A stretch of DNA of 64,000 nt. It comes from Candidatus Onthoplasma sp. GTDB lineage: Bacteria; Bacillota; Clostridia; Christensenellales; UBA1242. This document shows positions 45,898 through 59,498 of the stretch, piece by piece; position 1 is the stretch's first letter; every line of letters starts with the position of its first letter. Position numbers and translations under genes: made by a program. Under the pieces are notes generated by a model, which saw only the letters and a list, made by a program, of their open reading frames with translations, was not told the DNA's origin and made no database searches. Location of the stretch: contig JAZUAD010000021.1 of NCBI GenBank assembly GCA_045637825.1, positions 84 to 64,083 of the forward strand, in the 5' to 3' direction.

Positions 45898-47052
45898 ATG
45901 AATCAAGATAGAAGGATAAATGGTTGGATTTTAGTTGCATCCATTATAGGTTTGATAGCAGGACTAAGTTTTGTTATTAGTGGTGCATTAACCAGCATTG
46001 TAGGATTTGTAAAACCAGAACAATTATTTAAAATAGACTTTTTGAGCTTTTTTGTTATGCAAGAAGGTTTTTTTGAATTACAAGAAAATATTTTTGGTAG
46101 TATTTTAGAGTATAAATATTTGTTCCTATTTTTAGGTATTGCTATAGCAGTAATAGGACTTATTCAATTAATACTTTCAATTATTTCATTAAACTATGCA
46201 AAAAAACAAAAGGTAGTAAGAAGACGTGTTGCCATAATTTGTTTTAGTGTTTTGCCAATATTAATTGCGGTTAGTGCTATCACATATTTTGTTTTGGAAA
46301 AAGAACTATTGATTGATGATATTAAGTATATAATTTATGGAATTGCGGGCGTATTTTCTATAATTGTGTTGTTTAATATTTTAGGCGTAATATTTGGAAG
46401 AAGCGAACAATTTATGTCCAATGATAATAGTAAATATGCATTTGATAATTCCTCACTTCGTCAAGCAAGGGTTAATGTTAATAATAGCGTAAATGATGCA
46501 ATTACTCAACCTAATATATATTCTAGACCTAACAATCAACCAATAAATGGAACACAATTACCAATTCAACAAGGGGCATCTCGTCCTGCAATGCAAAGGG
46601 TGCAACAAAGACCACAAACTTTGCAAACAATAAGACGTCAAATACCTGTTGTAAGACAATCTAGCAATCCAGTTACACGCACGCTTAATAACGCTAATGC
46701 AAATAATAGACCTGCACAATATCAACCTGTGAGACCAAATACAGCAACAAGCACAATGCAACCTCAAAGAATTATTCAACGTGCGGTAGCTAACCCCCAA
46801 GCAAGACAACCTCAACAAGTTGCAGGCCAACGCCCAGTTATGTCACAACAAAACAGGAATTTACAACCAACAAGGCCAGTACAACAAAGACCTAATCAAC
46901 CTGCAAGATTAGTACAACCTGTTAGACCAATTCAAAGTTCAAACCAAACAACCAATCAACCAGTAAGACCTGTAAGAAGATGTGTAAGATGTGGTAAAGT
47001 ATTAGCACCTAATGAAAAATATTGTAACAATTGCGGACAACGAACAGAATAA
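45898..47052 (+). CDS. Multi-TM membrane protein with a Q/P/R-rich low-complexity region and a C-terminal zinc ribbon
   Basis: 4-5 TM helices in the first ~170 aa, then a ~170-aa region of RPxQ-type repeats, then CVRCGKVLAPNEKYCNNCG. The ATG at 45898 follows RBS aagggga. Confidence 0.6.
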   Translation: MNQDRRINGWILVASIIGLIAGLSFVISGALTSIVGFVKPEQLFKIDFLSFFVMQEGFFELQENIFGSILEYKYLFLFLGIAIAVIGLIQLILSIISLNYAKKQKVVRRRVAIICFSVLPILIAVSAITYFVLEKELLIDDIKYIIYGIAGVFSIIVLFNILGVIFGRSEQFMSNDNSKYAFDNSSLRQARVNVNNSVNDAITQPNIYSRPNNQPINGTQLPIQQGASRPAMQRVQQRPQTLQTIRRQIPVVRQSSNPVTRTLNNANANNRPAQYQPVRPNTATSTMQPQRIIQRAVANPQARQPQQVAGQRPVMSQQNRNLQPTRPVQQRPNQPARLVQPVRPIQSSNQTTNQPVRPVRRCVRCGKVLAPNEKYCNNCGQRTE

Positions 47053-47076
47053 TAAATGGAGTAGATATTATTAACA

Positions 47077-48354
47077 ATGGCTAAATTTTATAAATTTGAT
47101 AGTGGTTTGATGTTGTTGTATGAAACCAACAATATCAATAAATCTACTAGTATAGAAATATCCTTTGATTGCGGAGCAAGGTGTGATGGAAAAATTTCAG
47201 GGCTATCACATTTTTGCGAGCATATGTTTTTTAGCGGAACTAACAAACTGTCTAAGCAAGAAGTAACCAAAAGATATTTTGATTTTATTAAAACTAATGC
47301 TTTTACAACCAATTCTAATATAACTTTTACTGGAAGCATTGTTACAAGAAGACTTGCCGAATATTTGTCGTGCGTGCAAGATATGATATGTAATAGCACG
47401 TTTAAAGCTTCGGCAATAGAGGAAGAAAAAAAGATTGTTATTCAAGAAATAGTGCAAGCATCTGATAATCATATTAGAATTGCTGACGAATTATATAGTT
47501 ATGACATATATGAACAAGAGCATTATAAAAATGGAGTTCTAGGCAGTAAGGAAAGCGTTAACCAAATAAAAAGCAAAGATGTAAAGAATTATGTAAATAA
47601 ATATTTTGTAAAAAATAACTGTATTATTTATATTTGTAGTCCATTATCTTTTAGTAAAGTTAAAGATATCGTTAAAAAGCATTTTGATGATAAAATGCCT
47701 AGTAATAATTTGGAAAAACTTCCTTATTGTGAAAATAAGTTAATAGATGCTGAAAGAGTTACAATTAATCATAAGAAAATTGACAAGAACTTTTTATCCA
47801 TAACATTTAAGTTTAAGCGTAACGGACCTGATTTGAAATATAGGGTAATGTTGGGTGCAATTTGTAATATTATAGATGATATTAGCGATGGTTTAACCAA
47901 GGAATTACGGCTAGATAATAGCTTGATTTATGGTATGGGTTCAGATTATATGGTAAACAAAGTTAATTCTTATTTAGAACTACGTACAGAAATTTCTAAG
48001 GAAAATATAAAACCATGCTTAGATATAATTATAGATTATATTAATAGATTAAGAGCAAATGGATTTACAAAAGAACAATTTTTAAAAGAACTTGAAAAAG
48101 ATGAGTATTACTGGCAAACCAAAGTAATTACGCCAAGTAATATATTAAATATCTTGACAAGGTATCGTTTTTATGGTAAATTTATTAATGATGAAAGTGT
48201 TCATAAGCAAGTACAAAGTTTAAAGTTAGCAGAACTAAATGAAACAATGAAAGATTTATTTAATGATGCTAAAATTCAACTGTTTGTGTATGGTAATGCT
48301 AATAAACGCGACGTGTATACAATAGATCAAATTCAAAAAAAGATAAAAATGTGA
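47077..48354 (+). CDS. M16 (pitrilysin/insulinase) family zinc peptidase
   Basis: Inverted zinc motif HFCEH (HxxEH) followed by the downstream Glu region. About 425 aa, typical of bacterial M16B. Confidence 0.75.
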   Translation: MAKFYKFDSGLMLLYETNNINKSTSIEISFDCGARCDGKISGLSHFCEHMFFSGTNKLSKQEVTKRYFDFIKTNAFTTNSNITFTGSIVTRRLAEYLSCVQDMICNSTFKASAIEEEKKIVIQEIVQASDNHIRIADELYSYDIYEQEHYKNGVLGSKESVNQIKSKDVKNYVNKYFVKNNCIIYICSPLSFSKVKDIVKKHFDDKMPSNNLEKLPYCENKLIDAERVTINHKKIDKNFLSITFKFKRNGPDLKYRVMLGAICNIIDDISDGLTKELRLDNSLIYGMGSDYMVNKVNSYLELRTEISKENIKPCLDIIIDYINRLRANGFTKEQFLKELEKDEYYWQTKVITPSNILNILTRYRFYGKFINDESVHKQVQSLKLAELNETMKDLFNDAKIQLFVYGNANKRDVYTIDQIQKKIKM

Positions 48355-48362
48355 GGTGTTGC

Positions 48363-48959
48363 ATGAAAGAAAAAGAAATCAGCGCTATATTAGAGCATTA
48401 TAAATCAAATTTAGGCGAAATAGAGTTGTTGGAATACACTCCTAGCAAGGATATGCCTTTTAATCCACAACTTATTTTGTCACGCCCTAACAAACTTCAC
48501 AATTACAACATTATAGCAACAATAGGTGTTAGTGATATTAAAATGAAAGGCACTTATTCAAGTTGCGAATTTGTTATGTTGCTAGATAAAAAATGGAAAT
48601 TTAAGTTGGATAATATTAACCATAATTGGCCATTAGATTTAATACATAAAATTTCTAATATAGTATACTTAACAGATGAAAATATAGGTTATGGTAAATA
48701 CTTTATTAATGAAAACAATCAAACATTTTGTCCAACTACCGATATGGGTGTAGCATTAATAGGCGTTCCTGCAATGCTCGATACTAGATTTTTTGAACTA
48801 AAGGTAGGCAAAAAAACAACTAACTTCTTTGTGATTACCGCTGCTACACTAGATGAATTAAAACTAATCAAACATATCGGCGGTATTAACTTTATCCAAC
48901 GCTATTTATTGCCAGAAGGAGAGGAAGCGTTTATATTAAGAAATAGCAAAATAAAATAA
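48363..48959 (+). CDS. Hypothetical protein, possibly SUFU-like fold
   Basis: ~199 aa. The ATG at 48363 follows gaggtg, which overlaps the M16 stop. The SUFU-like assignment rests only on a weak resemblance I cannot verify. Confidence 0.35.
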   Translation: MKEKEISAILEHYKSNLGEIELLEYTPSKDMPFNPQLILSRPNKLHNYNIIATIGVSDIKMKGTYSSCEFVMLLDKKWKFKLDNINHNWPLDLIHKISNIVYLTDENIGYGKYFINENNQTFCPTTDMGVALIGVPAMLDTRFFELKVGKKTTNFFVITAATLDELKLIKHIGGINFIQRYLLPEGEEAFILRNSKIK

Positions 48960-49107
48960 AAATCATACTATTTTATAAAAAATGTTGACATAAAATATTA
49001 TGTGTTGTATAATATAAGTATGAAAAAGTGTTGCTGTAACTTAAAATAAATTATGTACAAATATTTGTACACGTTTTTAGGTTGTGCAATCTGGATATAA
49101 AGTAAAA

Positions 49108-49141
49108 TAGTCAGGAGAACACAACTCTTGACTATTTTTTA
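49108..49141 (+). terminator. Intrinsic terminator inside the cysS leader (candidate attenuator)
   Basis: Arms tagtcaggag/ctcttgacta (one G-U pair) followed by TTTTTT, ~45 nt before the cysS ATG. Promoter TTGACA (48985-48990), 17 nt, TATAAT (49008-49013) lies upstream. Confidence 0.55.
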
Positions 49142-49184
49142 AAACAAAATTTTAAAATAATTCATATAAATTAAGGAGAGTAAA

Positions 49185-50543
49185 ATGTTAAAATTGTATA
49201 ATTCATTAACCAAACAAAAGGAAGAATTTAAACCTTATGGCGATAAGGTTAATATGTATAGTTGTGGTCCAACAGTGTATTATTATCCTCATATAGGTAA
49301 TATGCGTGCATACTTGTTTATGGATAATTTGCGTAGGACATTAAAGTATAATGGCTACGAAATTAATGGCGTAATGAATATTACCGATGTAGGGCATTTG
49401 ACTAGTGATGCAGATGAGGGCGATGACAAGATGCTAGTGGCAAGCAAGCGTGAAAATAAATCTCCTTGGGAAATTGCTAAGTTTTATACTGATATCTTTA
49501 TGAATGAAGCAAAACGTTTAAATTTGGACTTACCTGAGCATATTTGTCCAGCAACCACAATAATTGATGAAATAATTGCCTTTGTGCAAGGTTTATTAGA
49601 TAAAGGTTATGCTTATGAAACTAGTAAGGGAATATATTTTGATATTTCTAAGTTTAATGCTTATGGCGAATTAAGTGGTAAGGTGATTGAGCAAGATATT
49701 GCCGGAGCTCGTATCGAAGTTGACCCTGAAAAGCGCAATCCACAAGACTTTACTGTTTGGATTAAAGCACCTAAAGAACATATAATGAAGTGGGAAAGTC
49801 CTTGGGGGCTAGGTTATCCGGGTTGGCATATTGAATGTTCTGCTATTGGCAAAAAATATTTAGGAGAGCATATAGATATCCATACTGGTGGTGTAGACCA
49901 TAAACCTATCCATCACGAAAACGAAATTGCTCAAAGTAACTGTTTGGAAGGTCATAAGGTTGTAAATACTTGGATGCATCTTGAATTTTTGCAAATAGAT
50001 GGCGGAAAAATGGGCAAAAGTTTGGGCAACTTATATACACTAGATGATTTAATTAAACGAGGATTTGAACCAGAAGTGTATAGATATTTCTATTTTATGG
50101 CGCACTATTCTAAGCAACAAAACTTTACTTTTGATGCAATGCAATCTGCAAAAAATTCGTTAATAGCTTTAAAAACTGCTGTTTTAGAGCATAAAGATGG
50201 TACTGCTACAATAAATACCGAACAATATCAAAAAGAGTTCTTAGAGGCTATTAATAACGACCTAAATATGCCTGTTGCACTTTCAGTTGTGTGGAAGCTG
50301 TTAAAGGAAGATAAGTCTAAAGACGTTTATAATACTATAATTAAATTTAACGATATTCTTGGCTTTAATTTTGATGTTCAACAAGATGAAATTCCTGAGG
50401 AAGTTAAGGAAATGGCAGAAGCTCGTTGGCAAGCTAAACTTAATAAAAACTGGGCTGTTGCTGATGAAATGAGAAACAAAATAACTGCACTGGGTTACCA
50501 AATTTTGGATAGTAAAGAAGGTTATTCGATAAAAAAATTATAA
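49185..50543 (+). CDS. cysS: Cysteine--tRNA ligase
   Basis: HIGN motif (YPHIGNMR), KMGKS (KMSKS-type), CGPTVY. Confidence 0.95.
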   Translation: MLKLYNSLTKQKEEFKPYGDKVNMYSCGPTVYYYPHIGNMRAYLFMDNLRRTLKYNGYEINGVMNITDVGHLTSDADEGDDKMLVASKRENKSPWEIAKFYTDIFMNEAKRLNLDLPEHICPATTIIDEIIAFVQGLLDKGYAYETSKGIYFDISKFNAYGELSGKVIEQDIAGARIEVDPEKRNPQDFTVWIKAPKEHIMKWESPWGLGYPGWHIECSAIGKKYLGEHIDIHTGGVDHKPIHHENEIAQSNCLEGHKVVNTWMHLEFLQIDGGKMGKSLGNLYTLDDLIKRGFEPEVYRYFYFMAHYSKQQNFTFDAMQSAKNSLIALKTAVLEHKDGTATINTEQYQKEFLEAINNDLNMPVALSVVWKLLKEDKSKDVYNTIIKFNDILGFNFDVQQDEIPEEVKEMAEARWQAKLNKNWAVADEMRNKITALGYQILDSKEGYSIKKL

Positions 50544-50753
50544 TATATAAAAACTTGCTTTATAACAATATATTGTATTGCTAGTAAATATAATACAGTA
50601 TATGTGGATAATTGATTTATTAAAAGGGATATTGATATAATACCCCTTTTTTTAAGTTGACAAAAAAATTAATATATATTATAATGCTTTCCGTAAATTT
50701 GACAAAGTAATTATATTTGCAAATTTTTGATAAATAACTATTAAGGATAAATT

Positions 50754-51356
50754 ATGGGGAACTGGTTTAAGATATTTAAACGTGGCAAAAAATCAGAGCA
50801 GAGCAATCAAGTCACACCGATTGAACAGACTGATTTACAAAGAAAACAACAATCCACAGTAAGTGTTAAATACCGTGTGGGAGATATAATAATTGCTAGT
50901 TTAGAAAATGTGAGTTTGAGTTGTAAAAATCAGAGTTTTGGTACTGAGTTGATAATTAAGCCAATGAAACAAGAACGCTTGTTTGAACGATTAAATTATT
51001 GTGATATAGATGATTGGTTTGTAGATATTAATACAGGCAAGTATTATGAGGAACATTTAGGCGAAACTGAGGAAAAAACCTATATAAACCCTAAGAGTAT
51101 TAAAGTGTTTTATGACGCTTGTGAAGATATTTTAAAATCTAAAAATATTACTAGAAATACAATGTTAACTAAGCAACAACTAAATCAAATATTTGATGAA
51201 TATAATATGCAACAAATATTGTCGGAATTAAGTGTAGATAAGGAAGAGCATAATAATCAAGACTTACAGGAAGACATAAATATACAAGAGGATATTCAAG
51301 AAAACTTGAGCGATTTGTATGATGAGGTTACCGAAGAGGATATGAAACAATTATAG
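50754..51356 (+). CDS. Hypothetical protein, paralog of 51371..51805, with an acidic C-terminal tail
   Basis: Shares the block W[FY]xDIxTGKYY ... LTxKQLNxxxxxxN with the next ORF. RBS aagga. Confidence 0.55.
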   Translation: MGNWFKIFKRGKKSEQSNQVTPIEQTDLQRKQQSTVSVKYRVGDIIIASLENVSLSCKNQSFGTELIIKPMKQERLFERLNYCDIDDWFVDINTGKYYEEHLGETEEKTYINPKSIKVFYDACEDILKSKNITRNTMLTKQQLNQIFDEYNMQQILSELSVDKEEHNNQDLQEDINIQEDIQENLSDLYDEVTEEDMKQL

Positions 51357-51370
51357 ATAGGAGAAATATT

Positions 51371-51805
51371 ATGAGTTTTATTAAAAAAATGATGGAAAAA
51401 GAAGCAGAAAAAAGTCCAAGTTTTAGAGAGTATACTAAGGAAGAATTAACTAATGCTAAGTATATTTTATATACCGTAAGAATAGGTAGTTTATATCAAA
51501 AAGGTTTAAATGCGAAAGAAGATGTAAAAATTCTAAAAAAAGATGCAATAATGGTTAATGTGGCTACCTATTGGTATATGGATATTGAAACAGGTAAATA
51601 TTATCAATTTGGTGGTGATAATGGCGAAGAAGTAGCCAAAATTAAAGGCAAAACTTATGTTGGTAATTTAAGACCTATGTTCCATACATGCTATGAAACA
51701 ATTATGGACAAGCATTTTAATTGTAATCAAATGCTTACTGCCAAACAATTAAATGAACTTTATCAAGACCATTTAAATAGATGGGAAACTACAGAGGAAT
51801 ATTAA
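51371..51805 (+). CDS. Hypothetical protein, paralog of 50754..51356
   Basis: Same conserved block. RBS aggaga. Confidence 0.55.
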   Translation: MSFIKKMMEKEAEKSPSFREYTKEELTNAKYILYTVRIGSLYQKGLNAKEDVKILKKDAIMVNVATYWYMDIETGKYYQFGGDNGEEVAKIKGKTYVGNLRPMFHTCYETIMDKHFNCNQMLTAKQLNELYQDHLNRWETTEEY

Positions 51806-51925
51806 AGTAAGTAATTATTACTTACTTTTTTTGTTATTAAAAATTAAATTTAGTATTGACACTTATATTAATACGTGATATAATACATTTAGTTAAGTGG
51901 TAAAATACCATAAAAGGAGATAACT

Positions 51926-52894
51926 ATGAATAAAGAAAAATTAATTGACAGAATTAAAAAGGGTGTTGCGGGATTAGCAATTGCAGGAATGTTGATTGGT
52001 GGCGGAGCGCAAGTAAAGCACAACATTGATTTAAAGGAAGAAAACGAAGATTTAAAAACCAGTATTGCTACACTTAGTGATGAAATTGATAAATTAAAAG
52101 CAACCGATGAAGATTTTAGATTAGGGTTTGTTAATGATGAATATGCTAAGCATAAAGGTGAAAATGCTAAAGACAAAATCGAACTAAATAAAAAAATTGA
52201 TGAATTAAATAATGCAAATGAAGCTTTGAGTAACGAAATTGAAACATTAAAGGAAGGTTTGGAAGACTTAAAGGAACAAGATACAGTTTCTGAAGAAAAA
52301 TTAGAACAAATCGAAAGCAGAATTACAATGCTAGACCTTAAAAATAGTTTAAACAATACCTTTGGTGCTTATGAATACGTAAAGATGACAGGTAATATGA
52401 TGGAAGATGGCGTTGATAAAGAAGCTAAAGCATTATGTTATTTAAGCGCTAATGGTTCTTGTAATTTTTCTAAAATCCCTGGAGAGGGGGAAAGTTATTA
52501 CTATTATTCATCTGAGGAAAATTGTTGGTTAACGGCAGGAGTGTATGAAGAAGACTATTACTATGGTGAAAATGACGAATATGATGTGCGTATAACTAAG
52601 CAAAATTATCCAACTATGTTGATTGGAGAATTTGCACAACACTGTACTTATGATGTTGAAAATGGAATATATATAATTAGCTATGATGAACAAGATTTAA
52701 TTACGAAGTTTTATCAATCTAAAGCTGATTATGATGGTATTGATTTTGTAGAAATAATTGAAGGCGATTCTATTATATCAATAAGAATAGAGTCAACAAC
52801 AAAAGCTGAATATGATAAGGCAATGAAGCAAATTAAAAATAAATGTTTGGATATGATTAATGTTGCAAAACAACAAGAAAGTTTAACCAAATAA
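51926..52894 (+). CDS. Hypothetical membrane-anchored coiled-coil protein
   Basis: N-terminal hydrophobic anchor (GLAIAGMLIGGGA), ~110 aa of heptad-like E/K/L-rich sequence, then a Tyr/Glu-rich globular C-terminus. RBS aaggaga. Confidence 0.55.
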   Translation: MNKEKLIDRIKKGVAGLAIAGMLIGGGAQVKHNIDLKEENEDLKTSIATLSDEIDKLKATDEDFRLGFVNDEYAKHKGENAKDKIELNKKIDELNNANEALSNEIETLKEGLEDLKEQDTVSEEKLEQIESRITMLDLKNSLNNTFGAYEYVKMTGNMMEDGVDKEAKALCYLSANGSCNFSKIPGEGESYYYYSSEENCWLTAGVYEEDYYYGENDEYDVRITKQNYPTMLIGEFAQHCTYDVENGIYIISYDEQDLITKFYQSKADYDGIDFVEIIEGDSIISIRIESTTKAEYDKAMKQIKNKCLDMINVAKQQESLTK

Positions 52895-52993
52895 TTATTT
52901 CAACAAAATAAAACAAAAATAAGAGCAATGTGACAATTGTTCTTTTTTTTTGCACTCTTTAGTATGGTAAAATGATTGGCAAGGGAGGTGGAA

Positions 52994-53305
52994 ATGCAAA
53001 TTAAAACAAAAGTTTATAATAATTCGCTATATTTTTTGCTAATAGGAGAGTTAGATGAGGCAAATGCACCCTATGTACGTAAGAGTTTGGATTATGCTAT
53101 TGATAACGAAAAGCGCTTTAATAAGGTGATTGTAGATTTGTCGCAACTAGACTTTATGGATAGCACTGGTATAGGTGTTATGCTAGGTAGATATAAAAGA
53201 CTGCAAAGCAGAAATATACCAATATATATTATTAATCCTTCACGTCAAGCTGAAAAGATATTTCAAATGTCAGGGTTATACGATATTATGCCTAAAATAT
53301 CTTAA
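52994..53305 (+). CDS. spoIIAA: Anti-sigma F factor antagonist SpoIIAA (STAS domain)
   Basis: Phosphorylatable Ser motif DFMDSTGIGV. The ATG at 52994 follows RBS gggaggtgg. Operon with spoIIAB-sigF. Confidence 0.9.
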   Translation: MQIKTKVYNNSLYFLLIGELDEANAPYVRKSLDYAIDNEKRFNKVIVDLSQLDFMDSTGIGVMLGRYKRLQSRNIPIYIINPSRQAEKIFQMSGLYDIMPKIS

Positions 53306-53369
53306 ATAAATACTATTACCAAAGCTGGAAAGGTGGCGGATTTGCCATAAATTTAATATAGGAGAGTAT

Positions 53370-53801
53370 ATGAAAAATAAAATAGAAATTAAATTCAAAT
53401 CGCTTCCCGAAAATGAAGCGTTTGCACGAACTTGCGTGTCGGCATTTTGCTTGCAACTAAATCCAACATTAGATGAAATAGGCGATATAAAAACTGCAGT
53501 AAGTGAGGCGGTAACTAATTGCGTAGTACACGCTTATCCTAATAAAGTGGGCGAAATTACAATGCTACTTAGTAGGGAACAAAACCAAATACATATTGCC
53601 ATTAAGGATAATGGTGTAGGGATTGAAAATATTGAGGAGGCATTAACTCCATTTTATACTACCAAGCCCGATGAGGAGCGAAGTGGTATGGGCTTTACAG
53701 TAATGGATAGTTTTATGGATAGTTTAATAGTTAAACATAATGGTGCAAAAGGTCTGATTGTGGAGATGAGTAAAAGAATAGATAACAAACAGGCGGTATA
53801 A
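53370..53801 (+). CDS. spoIIAB: Anti-sigma F factor / serine kinase SpoIIAB
   Basis: GHKL ATPase motifs (EAVTNCVVHAY, DNGVGI, GMGF). Confidence 0.92.
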   Translation: MKNKIEIKFKSLPENEAFARTCVSAFCLQLNPTLDEIGDIKTAVSEAVTNCVVHAYPNKVGEITMLLSREQNQIHIAIKDNGVGIENIEEALTPFYTTKPDEERSGMGFTVMDSFMDSLIVKHNGAKGLIVEMSKRIDNKQAV

Positions 53802-53803
53802 CT

Positions 53804-54517
53804 ATGCTGTCTAATGAAGAAACTTTAAACCTTGTACAACTAGCGCAAGAGGGAAATGACAATTCAAAAGAAATTCTTATAACCGAAAATTCGCCATTAA
53901 TTAAAAGCGTGATTAGGCGTTATAAAAATAAAGGAGTAGAAGATGAGGACCTATATCAATTAGGTTGTATGGGTTTTGTTAAAGCAATTAATAATTTTAG
54001 CCCCGATTATAACGTAAAATTTAGTACTTACGCTGTTCCTATGATAGCAGGTGAAGTAAAAAGATTTTTACGTGATGATGGTAGTGTTAAGGTCTCACGC
54101 AGTATTAAGCACAACTCAATATTAATTAAAAATTACGTTACAAATTTTCAAGCTGAAATGGGGGTTGAACCAACTATTGAGCAAATAGCAAATAAGTTTG
54201 GAATGGAACAGCAAGAGGTAGTTTTTACACTTGAAGCATCTACTCAATTAGTTTCGATTGATGATAAATTTGATGATGAAGATGATAGTCTTGCCGAACG
54301 AACTCAAGATAGTTTTTCGCCCGATAGGTTGGTAGATAAAATTGCACTTAGAGATATGATAAATAGTTTGCCCGCACGTGAAAAAAGGGTGATTATTATG
54401 AGATATTATCTAGATAAAACCCAAAGCGAAATTGCTAGAGTTTTAGGAGTGTCACAAGTTCAAATATCCCGTATTGAAAACAAAGTACTACAAAACTTTA
54501 AGGAAATGATTAGATAG
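53804..54517 (+). CDS. sigF: Sporulation sigma factor SigF
   Basis: Sigma-70 regions 2-4 (DLYQLGCMGFVKAINNF, FSTYAVPMIAGEVKRFLRD, QSEIARVLGVSQVQISRIE) and its position after spoIIAB. Confidence 0.9.
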   Translation: MLSNEETLNLVQLAQEGNDNSKEILITENSPLIKSVIRRYKNKGVEDEDLYQLGCMGFVKAINNFSPDYNVKFSTYAVPMIAGEVKRFLRDDGSVKVSRSIKHNSILIKNYVTNFQAEMGVEPTIEQIANKFGMEQQEVVFTLEASTQLVSIDDKFDDEDDSLAERTQDSFSPDRLVDKIALRDMINSLPAREKRVIIMRYYLDKTQSEIARVLGVSQVQISRIENKVLQNFKEMIR

Positions 54518-54703
54518 ATTAATAAGAAATTTTTCCCATCAGTTATTAAAATTTTTGCCAAAAACCTTAATAAACTATTAAAAACTTGCTAAAACTGAGA
54601 AAATTAGGTTAAATTTTATAAAATTTGTTAAAAACCATTGACAAAAGGGTTGTAGATGTGTAAAATAAAAAAGAATTTATTAAACGAAAGGTGGTGAGAT
54701 TGA

Positions 54704-54892
54704 ATGAGTACAGTAAGAGTTGGCGAAAATGAATCTGTTGAAAGTGCTTTAAAGCGTTTTAAACGTAAATGCCAAAAAGATGGTATTATTGGCGATTTAA
54801 GAAAACGTGAACAATACGAAAAGCCTAGCGTTAGAAAAAAGAAAAAGAGCGAAGCTGCTAGAAAGCGTGCTATGAAGAAAAGCAGATATTAA
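54704..54892 (+). CDS. rpsU: 30S ribosomal protein S21
   Basis: [19 protein letters not shown] ... [12 protein letters not shown] aaggtggtg. Confidence 0.93.
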   Translation: MSTVRVGENESVESALKRFKRKCQKDGIIGDLRKREQYEKPSVRKKKKSEAARKRAMKKSRY

Positions 54893-55034
54893 TTTGGTAA
54901 ATAAAGGTGTAACTATTTAGTTGCATCTTTTTTTGTTGACTGGTTATAATTGAAAAGTTTTTTGTCATAACCAAGTACTTTTTGTTTGGCAAAAAATTAA
55001 CTTTATGATATAATCATACTTAATTGGAGATATT

Positions 55035-59349
<4,315 letters not shown>

Positions 59350-59498
59350 CTAAAACTAGTCTTTTTTTTATTATAATTGTGCAAATTTATGAAAATGTGC
59401 TATTTTGTTTGGAAAAATCAACATTATTTGCTATAATAATGGTACTTAAAGGTCTTTTTTTATGTTAAATAATCTCACAAAGGACAAAAAGGGGAGTT

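Noticed and set aside
48985-49184. Canonical T-box riboswitch upstream of cysS
   Set aside because: The conserved T-box sequence and a stem I of adequate length could not be found by eye, so it is reported only as an unclassified terminator-containing leader.
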